A stretch of DNA of 64,000 bases from Paragordius varius. Lineage: Eukaryota; Animalia; Nematomorpha. Location: assembly GCA_964247055.1 (NCBI GenBank), contig OZ176051.1, positions 13,392,001 through 13,456,000 of the forward strand, written 5' to 3'. Below the pieces are notes generated by a model. It saw only the letters and a program-made list of their open reading frames with translations. It had not been told where the DNA came from and made no database searches. This document shows positions 28,045 through 39,970 of the stretch, piece by piece (the stretch's first letter is position 1; every line of letters starts with the position of its first letter). The translations under genes and the position numbers were made by a program.

Positions 28045-28957
28045 TCTTATAGTGTATAAATCTTTTTATTTATATTTGAAATTATCCCATACTTATATAT
28101 TTCTAGAATAGCCTTTTATTTAGTACAAATAAATATGTAAATGATCTAAAAAATCCTGTAAATTTTTTGTACAAACACGAAATTGTGTGAAATAGTATAC
28201 ATGCAAACATTATTTAAATATTGTATTTTATATAAACTCAATATTATTTTTATTGACTTAATAAATTGTGAATGCCTGGTGTTATAATTAGATTTGTTTT
28301 TAAGTTTATAGATGTAACTCCAACCCAAAATATTGAAAAATGCGATCTGTGTCGTTTATTAAAAAAATGGTAATAATTATCTTTGAAGCGATCTTAATTT
28401 TATCAATTTTACTTCAGGCGAACAGCGGCTAATTTCGTTATATATAAAAAAAAAACCAAATATTTATTCACAAATTCTGCAAAGGACATGAGTTTATTGA
28501 AGTTTTTCAAGCAATGTATCCTCATTCTAATACCAAATAATGTTTTACAGTAAAAACTGAAATTATGCGGAGAAAACGTAAAAATATTAGGACAAATATT
28601 TTTTTCTTAAAGATAACCATACTTTTTCAAACTTAATTTTTGGTATATAAAATATTTAATTACAATCATAAACTACATAATTAATTGTTCTACCAATTTA
28701 TATTTCTATTTTATATTTTGGAGTTTTAAACAATTATTTAAATTAAAAAAATCATGATTCGAAAAATATTTGTCTTTATATTTTTAAATAGTTGATTGTA
28801 AATTATTAAAGTTATATTGATTTATTTTGCCTTAAACAAATAGTATTTTGAGCATCAAGAACAAAATGGTAGAAATATTCAATAAAAAGTAATCTATACA
28901 CCCTATAATATTTAAACAAAATTTCAGTAAAAAAATATAGTGTTTTATATAAGATGA

Positions 28958-29142
28958 TAGGAAGTCCGGACTTCTAGGGTAATGGGCTATTTGAAAAAAG
29001 GGACAATAAAATGATCCACATATGTGGATTATTTAGCGGGGCATTCATTAATGTATATTTTTTTTTGATATTTTGATTGAATGGGTCTACCGGTTTTCCG
29101 GAAACAGATCTCAAAGCCACCACTTTCCATTATTATAAATAT
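28958..29142 (-). mobile_element. Short internally deleted Helitron fragment, only in arm 1
   Basis: Joins sequence like 60258-60330 to sequence like the Helitron 5' subterminus (61170-61285); absent at the matching site in arm 2. Confidence 0.7.
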
Positions 29143-30718
29143 AATCCTATTATTTTATATCACTTCTGATTAAAAAATAATACATCCCAAAATAAAATAT
29201 TTAGTGTTATTAGAAAAGATTTTACAAACACCTAGTTTTAAAGTAAAATTTTTAAGGTTTATTTAAAATTCTTTAGGAATTTATATTGTTAAATTTTGGG
29301 TTTAAAGCTGAAAAGAAATTCGAGTGTCTCAACTATATATTAAAGTATTGAAGAAAATTATTTAAAGGTAAATTGTATTATAATTAATAACAACCTTTTT
29401 GTATAATTGTCAAGATTCACCTTTTAATTTAATATAAATCAAGGTTTTTCTCAAAAAAATTTGACAATATTTAGTCACATAATTGGATAGACAACTGTGA
29501 CTCCTGAATTAACAAAGTTTTATAACAAATAGACAACTTCCTCTTATATTTGGCATGGATCCTGCTATTCAATGTCCCATTGCCTATTGTATTTATTAAT
29601 TAATTATCTCACACAACCAAAATTTACAATAAATTTAAATCTTTATTTGACAATAAATTGGATTGTTGGAAAGGGAACCCTTGAATTTTTTTTAGAAAAA
29701 CAATAGTAGGGGCTGGGTATTTCCGGCTAGTAGGGTTTTCATGGTCTTACCAGCGAAATTAAGTGAAGAGATCAAAAGGCTAGTATCTTTAAAATTATAG
29801 AACCAGTAGACAGAGGCAGTCTAAAATTTATTGGCCCAGACCTATAGTAAACGTATCAAAGTCGAATCATGAGTTAAGAATATGCGCAGATTTTAAGTAA
29901 TTAACTGATACATCAAAACACCTCAATATATATGATTATTTAATCTCCAAAATTTTACATGGTAAGACGTTTTCAACATCGGAAGATGCTTATCTTCAAA
30001 TTCCAGTGCACCCAGAATCTCAAAATCTTCTCACAATATCCACACCTCTTGGGTTTTTTTGTCTGACTTGTCTATTTTTTTTTCCAACAGATCATGGATG
30101 AGCAATTAGGAGATTGTAAGGGAACAGCGGTCTACTCAGATGATGTAATTGTTACGGGGGAAACTGATGGAGCATTATACAAACCTAACACTTGAAAGAT
30201 TAGAACGAATGGGTTATAAATTAAAATAAGATAAAATAAAGCTTTTTCAACAGGAAGTAGAATATTTGGGGTTTACTATATCAGAAAAAAGTATAAAACC
30301 AGCGAGCAGTAAGATTAAGGCCATTCGCGAGTGTATGGCTCCTAAAACAAGTCCCCAATCGTTGGGCCTTTTAAACTTTCATTCATTGTAACTTCTCTAA
30401 ACACAATTGTCCCCTAACTTCATCAGCTAGCTGGTTCCAAAACGAAATGGTGTTTGACAGATCTACATTAAAATATTTTTGAAAAAGCTAAGTTGTTAAT
30501 AGGAAATAACACCCCTCTCTTTTCTTTTAACCCAAGGTTTCCTCTTATATTAGAAACAGTTGCATCTGGGGAAGGGTTAGGATAGATCTTGTCGCACAAG
30601 ACGTCGGAAGGTAAACGACCCATTGCATATTTTTCAAAAAAGTTTCCCAGCCCAAAAAAATTATTCGGTTATAGAAAAAGAGGCAAAAGCCAATGTGGAG
30701 AAATTTAAAAAAATTTTC

Positions 30719-31847
30719 AAGGTTTTGCACTATTCCATTATTTTTGCATTTTCTGATACCTAATGGCATGGAAAGGCCAAAACAAAAAAGAAAATTGAGG
30801 CCACCAATAAGATTTTTCCAAAATTTAATTTTTAAATTTGTATTAATTCAAAAATAACAATCATTCCTCGTGTACATATGTTTAAATATTCAAACAAGCA
30901 AGTCGATACAAGTAATATTCCATGCATAGATAACAAATTCTAGGCAGTAAATAAGATACTAAACAAGCTAAGAGCCAAAGTATTAAAAATCTAAAAGGGG
31001 CTTATGTATAGTGTGATAGATATGGGCGGCTGCACAAGCTCTGCATATCCCCCAAGCGATCCTATAATTATGCCAGATATGGCAAAGATAACAATAAGTA
31101 ATCGTAAAGTTCGATAAGAGAGACTTGCAAGCAAAATCGTGGCAAATTGACATGTCAATTAACCAATTTACAGAATAAAGTTAGATAAATTCTACAATTA
31201 AATTGAATATAAATTAGGTAAATACAAATGGTCCAACCCCATAACAGTAAATTCTACTAAAAGTGGCTACACAACATCCATCTGAAATTCAAAATACAAA
31301 ACAACCAATAATTTTTAAAAAATAAGGTATATCCACTAGGTATAAATAAAGGATTTTTTATAAGAACCAACTCAAGAGAAAAGTCTAATAAGTACTCGAA
31401 AGAACGAAATCTAACAAAAAAATAATAGCCTATCTGAAAGCCGAAGGTTTAAACCATAGAATGCCTTTTTTAGTACCTTTTTAAAAAAAATTTATATGTG
31501 TTAAAAATTCACTTGAAAAAAGAAACTAAATTTTGACGCTTAAGTCCGTACTATTTTTCTCTCTCTGATATTTAAATGACATATTTATATTCGAAAGATA
31601 GAGCTTAAAACGCTTTATTAAATGATATTAAGTTTATAATATAATAACATTTTATTATATAGTTATATTTAATTTTCTCAGGATTTTCTCTTGTTTTTGA
31701 AAAATTGAAAAACCTATAAAATTTCAAAATTCTGATTGGCGGGATCAAAAATTTTTTCAAATTAGGTTTTAAAACACTGAAATTAGTCATAATTTAAAAA
31801 GTTTGAGTGGTGGTGCTTAAAAATGTCCAAATTTGTCGACTAATGAT
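30719..31847. other. ~1.1-kb unidentified insertion in the RNase H region of gypsy B
   Basis: Element A is contiguous across this point (rc 20160-20200); no TIR or TSD recognised. Confidence 0.7.
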
Positions 31848-33458
31848 ATTCGATATCTCCGACCATTAGCCTATTATCAAATTATTCGGGCATGATTTGG
31901 TGAGCCAAACAATAGTAAATTGTTAATTGATTTCAAAAACATCCATTTTTGACTTCAACATAATGTACTACCCGAAAATCGAAAATCGACTACCAACTGA
32001 GATAACTGAAGAGTGTGACAATGACGAGGGGATAGCGCAGGAGGTTCGTTTGCTATGATGTCATAAGTTCTTAAACAATGACAGGGTGTTTAAGGAAACT
32101 ATGACCGATGAAGTGTGGAAACAGATTAAATCAGAGCAAAAGACCAATGATTGGTTTCATCCCGAGGTACAGTCCTATAAACCACTGAGAAATGATATTG
32201 AAGAGTCATACGCCTTATATATCTAGGTGACCGTCTTATTGTTGCTCAAAACATGAGATATTCTTACTTATCTTTATAAAGGTCACCCTGGTATCCAGTC
32301 CATCAAAGCGTTAGAGACTGATGTGTTTTGGCCCAAATCAGACCAGGATATCGAAAAATGGGTGCAAAGATATTTAAGTTGTCAAAAGTCACGGTTCAAC
32401 ATTCGATAAGCCCGTATAAATGGAACCCGAACAGTACCGCTTGGGAGCGATTGCATCTGGATATAGCGGGACGCGTAGATAACATCTACTGGGTCATACT
32501 TATAGATCACTGTACCCGTTGAGTGGAAGTGGCACAGCTTAAAACAGTAAACTCGATCAGTATTTTGAAAGTTCTAGAAAGTTAGTTTGCACCATATGGA
32601 ACCCCAGAGATGATTGTAACTGATATTAAATTCCACTAATATCAAGCATTTAACTTCTGCGCCATACCACCCTCGGACAAGTGGTTTAGTGGAAAGGGTT
32701 ATTCAGACCTTGAAAACGCACTATTATTTGTGTAATTTCGAAGTAGCAGATACAGAACGCCGGTTAAACCAGGTACTGTGGGCTTGCAGGACAGCACATA
32801 ACAATGATATCAATGAAACACCTGCACGACTATTCCTAAAACAACACCGCTGTCCTGGATGAAAGAAAAACCAAAGGATTATATTAATGTACCTCACATA
32901 GTATATGTGAGTTCGTTCGAGGTAAGAAAGTATTTATAAATAATGAATTAGGAGCCGGTTGGAGAGAAGGGAAAGTAGTAGAGCGGATTTATTTCCATAC
33001 AATATCGAAGATAGAATTAAAGTTTTTACGAAGACATACTGATCAATTAAGAGTGCGAAAAGAAGGTCCAGATGAACTTAAGCTCGCCGACCAGAAAGAA
33101 TCGGAATCGGAACAGCACAATAATAATAAATATTATAGCCCCCCTCTCATGGTCCTCTCATTGATAACAATATCAATATAGATGATACCAATCCTTCCCC
33201 GGATATTCGTCAATCCCACAATAATCAACAAACTCCTAACGGAGACAAGACTGCAGCCCCAAGCCTTGAGGTACCAGTCGAGAGATGCTATCCCACCAGA
33301 AGCCGAAAAGCCCTTGACAGACAAGAATTCCATAATAATCAACAAACTCCCAACGGCGATTACCCCCAAGCCTTGAGGTAGCAGTCGACAGACGCTATCC
33401 CAAAGCCGATAAGCCCCTGAGAGTTACACAAATTAATTTCAAATTTAGATAGGAGATA

Positions 33459-33684
33459 TGTTATGTTTAACTAAATTGTTTTTTTAACTAAACTTTTTTG
33501 ACCTTTCTATTTTAGTTAGCTTAATTGACCTTATATAGGCTTTTAATTGTGAGTTCTTTCACCTGAATATTGTAATATTTATCACGCCATTATACAACGT
33601 GGCTTTTAAACTATATATAGTGAAATATATTTTCTTATATCAATAAATTCCTTTTACTATTTTAACTCTAATAACTACATAACA
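33459..33684 (+). repeat. 3' LTR of gypsy B (226 bp)
   Basis: Perfect inverted termini TGTTATG...CATAACA, AATAAA inside, immediately after the purine tract. Confidence 0.85.
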
Positions 33685-34079
33685 GAATAAATCTAGAATC
33701 TAAATTGGTTAAGCCTAGAAATGATTTAAGGCTTTCTATCAACCGGTCTTGGTAAATTTTATGGCATCTATTTTGTCTTCACTAGAAACTACGCCTTCTT
33801 TGTCTAACATGTACTTAAAATATCCGACTGAAGATTAAAAACGCTTTACCTTATCTTTTCGTAGATTAGGACCGGCATCATGCAATTGTTGCTTTCGATC
33901 TAAGTTTTTTTATGCTCTAACTCTATTCCGCCGGTTCCAACACGTCATCTAATTATATGGAGGTAGGGGGACAATCGATTAGCAATCGATTTATGTCTAG
34001 TTGAGTTAAAGCACATGATAGTCAAAAGCGAGTCTTTGGTAAATTTAGTACTATGATTCTTAAAAAATGATAACTCTCA

Positions 34080-34975
34080 ATGTGCAATGTGGGTAACAAG
34101 CGTCCTTAGTCCAAAAAGGTAAAATGTTTGACCCAACCCTACTTTATAAGTCTGTTCTTCGAACGTGAGGATTGTATGGCTATAGTCAACTAAATTCCAA
34201 GGGTAGAAGAGACAAATCTTAATTAATCTTAGGTATGGTATTAGGGAAAAAGAAAATATCATATATTGGCCGGATGTAAACGACATCGACGTCAAGCTTG
34301 CCACATTTTCAACTCAACCACCCCAATATCAAACGAATACCACATATCAATGGAAAAAATACAACTATTTGGGAACAACTGCATTTAGACATTGCAGGGC
34401 TCGTCGTGGCTGGTATTGGATCGTTATAGTTTGCAGCTCCTGAGTTGAGGTGTAACTAACAAAAACGCTAATTCTTTAATCATTCTCAATATTTAAAATG
34501 CTTCGCATTATTTGGGTTTCCTAGAATAATAATAACAGATAAATAATGCTTTTTATTGTATGAGTTTAATACGATTTAAAATAATATTAATGAACACGTC
34601 ACTTCAGCACCGTATCATGCCAAAACAAACGGGATGGTTATAGTTAAATATACTTTAAAACGCATTACATTCAATGATAATGATAAAGCTTACATAAAAA
34701 TAAATTGTGTCATGGATGGCGTGAAGGCACAATATTCAGACAAAATAACCTGCTTTTATGGAATAGAATATTGGAATATATTAATTGAAAAACATGGGGA
34801 TCTAATACTCAAGGATTTGTACCTAATATCCAATGATTCAACACCAGATGTGATAGCCCATGTCCAATCTTCAGTACCTAAAGCGAGTTTTATTTAGTAG
34901 AACCGGTTTCAGCGCAAAAGACTAAGGAAATGGAAGAACGAAGGCCTCCTGATTCCGAGGGGAAGGATAATGATA
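34080..34975 (+). mobile_element. Ty3/gypsy integrase relic C
   Basis: IYWPDVNDID, WEQLHLDIAG, HVTSAPYHAKTNGMV, ERRPPD; disrupted. Confidence 0.8.
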
Positions 34976-35011
34976 GATATATTGTAGTTAATATGCAAAG
35001 TATAATATTAA

Positions 35012-35045
<34 letters not shown>

Positions 35046-35149
35046 CGTTATGTATGTTATTAAAATTGTAAACACGTAAAATATTTATAGTTTATACCTG
35101 ACCGAGCTTTAAATATAGGAGCCAAGTAGAATATATATTGTGGATGCAA

Positions 35150-37143
35150 AGATACAAAAGATCATTCCAGAATTTCCGATGTTATGTCAGACTGCATTTC
35201 AGCATAACCTTTAAACCAATGAAAATAAAGTTGGAACTTCCACATCTACAAAAAAACATTTGCAAAACCAGATTGAACTATAGATTGGTACCTGCTGAAT
35301 TTACTTCATAACAAAAAATTCGAATCCTTAAACCATGAAACATTAAACACCTATGACGTTTGGTCAACTAGTCACCACACTGAAACAGCCAAAGAGACTA
35401 TACCGCCTGCCCCAAACAAAAATAAAAAACGCACCATCTCACAACAAAGAATCGACTTAATTGATCAGAGAAGAATATCAAAATCCAAGAACTCTCCCCT
35501 TAGTATAAAAATAATAATAAACTACAAAAAAGCATTGGATCCAAAGAATCTCTTGATAAAACAATCCTCGCAGCTGCCAAACTTATTCACAACTATTATT
35601 TTACTGAGATTTGCCCGCGTAAAAAATCTGAGGCCCCATGTCTCACTAAATGGAAAAATTAACCAATAAGAAGAAAGAATAAACTCTGGGAAAGATATGT
35701 GCAAAACATGTTTACAAAACAATCAAATAAAATCGCTATGAACCTTAAAACTAACGGCCGATTAATACTAATAGAATAAATGGAATGGGCCCAGACGGAC
35801 TCATCAACCGGCAAAGTAGAAGGATTTAACGACATTACTACCAAAGAACATTCCCCAAAATTAATCATATCATTATTCCAAAAAATCTTCAGTAAGGATA
35901 CATTCCCGGCGGGCTGAAACAAATCTTTAGTCGTCCCGATATTCAGAAAGGGCGATCAAATTATGTGAAAACTACCTTACAATAGTATTAGTTAGCCTAA
36001 CCTCAAATGTATTTTTTAAAATAATACAGAATCGTCTACAAACATATGACAACCCGGTAATCTCAATGACACAATCCTTTGGAGAAAAAGATGCCGAGAC
36101 AAGATTTTAAACATTAGATAGATAATGAAAAATTGTGAATTCTATAATGAGATATATACTTCGTGGATTTCTCCAAAGCCTTTGATGCCGTTCACACGAC
36201 ATTCTCTGGAAGCTTTTAAGGAAAAGGAGTTTCTAATCCCTTAATAAAACTAATCATATCCATGACGCCATTTCATTCCTATCACTAAGGACTCCGCATG
36301 GCCAGATCACTTGGAGCCCAATGAATATAGGTTTGCGTCGAGGCTGCATTTTATCCCTATCTAATGCATCACTAGGGACCTAAATATGACAGGAATAAAA
36401 GTAGGGAGTCACACTCTCACGACCCTCGACTATGCCGACGACACGGTAATCTAAGCCAATTGACAAACATGACTTAAAAAGAGTCTTCGAATATAAATGC
36501 CTGCAAAAAATACAATCTAAGTCCGAATCTCAGCAAAATTAAAATATTCAACATCAACTTTTATTCCTATGACTCGCATCGGATTAATAACGAAACAATT
36601 GTGGTCAACGAATACACATACCTTGGAAGCATTATACCAAGCTAGTTCACATGACATAAAAAGCCGCATAGCTATAGCCAAATGCGCTTTGGCCTCACAT
36701 TAAAAAATATGGAAATCTCATGATATGCAGACTAAACGCCCTAATTCCTATCATGTTATACATCTGTGAAAGCTGAACCATAAAGAGTGATGACGAGAAA
36801 AGAATAAACGCTTTTGAAATGTTCTGCTGGATGAAAATACTTAGTGTAACATGAAAGGACAAAATGAAGAACATGGATAATTTAAAAAAATCAATGCAAA
36901 AACAACGCTTCGTGGTAAAATAATAAATTAAAAATTCGGTTATTTTTTGGAAAAGGATATAATGTTAGGAAAAGTAAATGGCAAGAGAGATAGAGATCGA
37001 AGACGTATTTGTGGATAGACGAATTATTATTTTCCAAAATGTCACTGCAAAAACTATCTAAAATCCCACGATAGAACTGATTGGAGGAAAATTTCTAATA
37101 ACTCAAATAGTCAATAATCGATTACCAGCTTAACAACAACAAT
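35150..37143 (+). mobile_element. 5'-truncated RTE-like LINE with short (AAC)n tail
   Basis: GPDG, IPAG*NKSLVVPIFRKGD, FVDFSKAFDAV, GLRRGCILSP, TLDYADDTV, NAFEMFCW, DRTDWRK; ends aacaacaacaat. Confidence 0.9.
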
Positions 37144-37420
37144 ATAATATTGTGTAACCAGTGTTTGGATGTATAGTGTGTATCAACCAACAATTTATAT
37201 TGAGACAATTATGAATGTACTTAATATGATATATAGGTTCAAAAACATTTGTTTCTTAACAATTTCAAGCTCTGGGCTAAAAAACTTACCAAAAATTTTA
37301 TCATACAAAAAATGAATAAATAATCAAGTGTTAACCTTAGAAAGCTTTCAAATTCAACTAGCGAATTCTTGTATTTTTCTATTAATCATTATACATAACA
37401 ATAATTATTAAACTTTTCAA

Positions 37421-39668
37421 TTAGCTGGCCCTGTCACGCTTCACTGTGACATAGCACCGATAATTATCTTAATAATTTGCAATAAATAGAGGTAATGGAG
37501 ATAAAATAATAAAAAACATATTTAATGGAAATGTCTTTAATTCTTCTTTTAAGGGTTTTTGCATAGGCTCAAATATTGTTAATTGAAATTCATCATATTT
37601 AAACTGTCCCTTATTAAAGTTAGTATTAACTATCATTGGATTTAATTTAAGATTTTCGTTTTACGAAATCATGGTTAAAAGTTTTATTTTAATATTGTGT
37701 TCACACAGCCTGGATCAAGGGGTATAAAAAGTAACTCATTTGATCCCTTTTTAAAGGGAAGAATGATATTATACAGATTTCTCAGAAATGTATAAATGAA
37801 CTCGCATGGCTCCTTAAGTTTTTTGAAAATTATCTCCAAAACCAGGCCATTTTAAATAGCGTCTCAATTTTAAACCGGTAGAACCCTACCCATAGAAATG
37901 GAAAAAGCGCTGAGTTTTCTTTGCCTCTATAATTTGGAATCATCTTTGATACCATTGTCTCCGGTTATTCAAAAAAATACTTCAACATTATATAATCGTT
38001 ATATGATAGCGTATTTTTAGGGCATAAAAGCCCCAAATTTACGGCTAATAAAATAAAGCCTGACCTTTTTTTGCCTAGTTACGGGTAATAATTCAAGCGT
38101 TTAATGAGCTATAGCTTCATAAATTTTCTGTAATTTAGTTCCAAAACAACGCAATTTTTATATAGTGGCGCAGTTTTTGGCAGGTACCTTCCCAGGAGCA
38201 AAACAAAAAAAACGCTAGATTAAAATTTTTGACTTAATTAGGATAATACATGGAATCATGATTGATTTTATATGTTCTCGTAGGATTTTCAAAAAATTGC
38301 CTTAAAACCAAAGAGTTATTCTATGGTGGCGCATTTTTCAGGGTAAGGGACTAATTAAAAATTAATTTAATAAAATCACTCTACTTAAATTTTTACCTGT
38401 TTACGGGTAATATTTTGAGCCCCTATTGAACTCATAAAGTCTGATATGTTTTCCAAAATTTGCCTCCATAGTCACGCTGTATCGATATGGTGGAGCAGTT
38501 GTAGGCGGGTAGCCCCTTACCCAGAGGCCAATATAAAAAGACGTTCGATAAAAAAATTTGCCTTTATAGGGGAATACCTGGAAGCATCATTTATTTTATA
38601 TGTTCTTAATAGTTTTTGGAAGAATGGCTTCAAAACTAAATAATGGTTGAATGATAGCGCATTTTTTAGGGCGTAAACGGCCTAATTGACTGCAATTTTA
38701 AAAAAACGCCTTGACATAAATTTTTGCCCATTTACTGGTAATATTATAAGCCCTCATTAAACTTATATGGCCTGATAAGTTTTTTGAAAATTAACTCCCA
38801 AACACGCAATTTTGATATGGTGGCGCAGTTTTAGGCAGGTAGCTCCCTACCCAGAGGCTGATACAAAAAAAGCGCTTGATTAAGATTTTTGCCGTTTTAC
38901 GGAGAATACCTGGAATCATGATTGATTCCATATGCCCTCATTAGTATTTAGAAAAATTGCCTCAAAACTGAAAAATCCCAATAAGGTGGCGCATTTTTCA
39001 GGGCGTCTATGGCCTAATTAACGGCTTATTCAAAAAACCGCATGACCTAAATTTTTGCCCTGTTATGGGTAATATTTTAAGCCCCCATTGAACTCATATG
39101 GTCTGATAGGTTTTCTGAAATTTAGCGCCAAAGGCACGCTATTTCGATATGACGGGGGGTATCGCCTTACCCAGCAGCCAATATTAAAAAAACAGACGAC
39201 TAAAATTGCCTTTTAACAGGGAATACCTGGATTCCTTATTAAATTTTTACGGTCTCATATTTTGGGCGAAAAATAGATTCAAAAAATTATTTTTGTGGAT
39301 TTTGTTTTTTTTAAAAAAAATGACATTTTACGGGGGGGAGCGGAGGGCCTAAATTAAAAAAGTGAGCTGACTATATTCGGGGCAATCGAAAAAAAAGTAA
39401 AAAAAAATCAATTTGAAATCAAATGGCCCACACGTTTTCCGGAAAATTATCTCAAAGACACGATTTTTGTGGACTTGTGTTTTCAAAAAAAACTGTTTTT
39501 CACATGGGGTGGGCCCAAACTGGGGGCCTAATTCAAAAAAAGGACGAAGCTACTGTCGGGGCATTTATTAATGATTATATTATTTCGACATTTGGATTCG
39601 AATGGGTTTACCAGTTTTCCGTGAACAGATCACAGAGCCACCATTTTTCATTTTTATGAATATATAGA
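37421..39668 (-). mobile_element. Non-autonomous Helitron H3 with internal tandem repeats
   Basis: Minus strand A|TCTATATA... at 39668; 3' hairpin TGTCAC-8nt-GTGACA (37432-37451) then CTAA|T at 37421; inserted at an A^T site. Confidence 0.78.
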
Positions 39669-39970
39669 TTATTTAAATACACTTGTCAGATTTTGTATGA
39701 TGCTGCTTAATTATATATTTTTAAAATAAAATATTTTTAAATCAACTACTAAAATAATTGACGCATTATAAATATCAAAAGTCTATTTGTGCTCTAATTT
39801 ACGGGGGTGGTGTTTATAATATATATTGTTACATATATTTATTATATGAGAATCAGACACAAAAATCTTTTGATGAATTGGGAGAGAAAAATTTTTGATT
39901 AGTTAAATAAACATAAAAAATAATTTGATAAATATTAAAATTTCATATATTGCATATTGTATGAATATTT

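Larger units (their letters stand above)
25540..29477. repeat. Arm 1 of an inverted duplicated block (partner 42085-45386)
   Basis: Reverse complement is collinear with 42085-45386 (e.g. 29160-29330 vs 42245-42420; 26200-26260 vs 44690-44750) and clearly diverged by eye. Confidence 0.85.
29480..33684 (+). mobile_element. 5'-truncated Ty3/gypsy element B: RT, RNase H, integrase, PPT, 3' LTR
   Basis: IIEPVDRG, ELRICADFK, YSDDVIV, QEVEYLGFTI, VASGEGLG, KRPIAY, AWERLHLDIAG, SAPYHPRTSGLVER. Purine tract AGATAGGAGA precedes the LTR. Integrase region is very similar to element A, in opposite orientation. Confidence 0.9.

Noticed and set aside
33133-33376. Overlapping ORFs with a repeated PQAL motif
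   Set aside because: Off-frame readings of the duplicated gypsy integrase tail.
39423-39659. Similar peptide (VGAFINDYI...FGFEW) in ORFs at 39423, 50217 and near 61160
   Set aside because: Shared Helitron subterminal DNA read antisense; upstream frames and starts differ and the copy at ~60650 is frameshifted. A dN/dS test on many copies could revive it.
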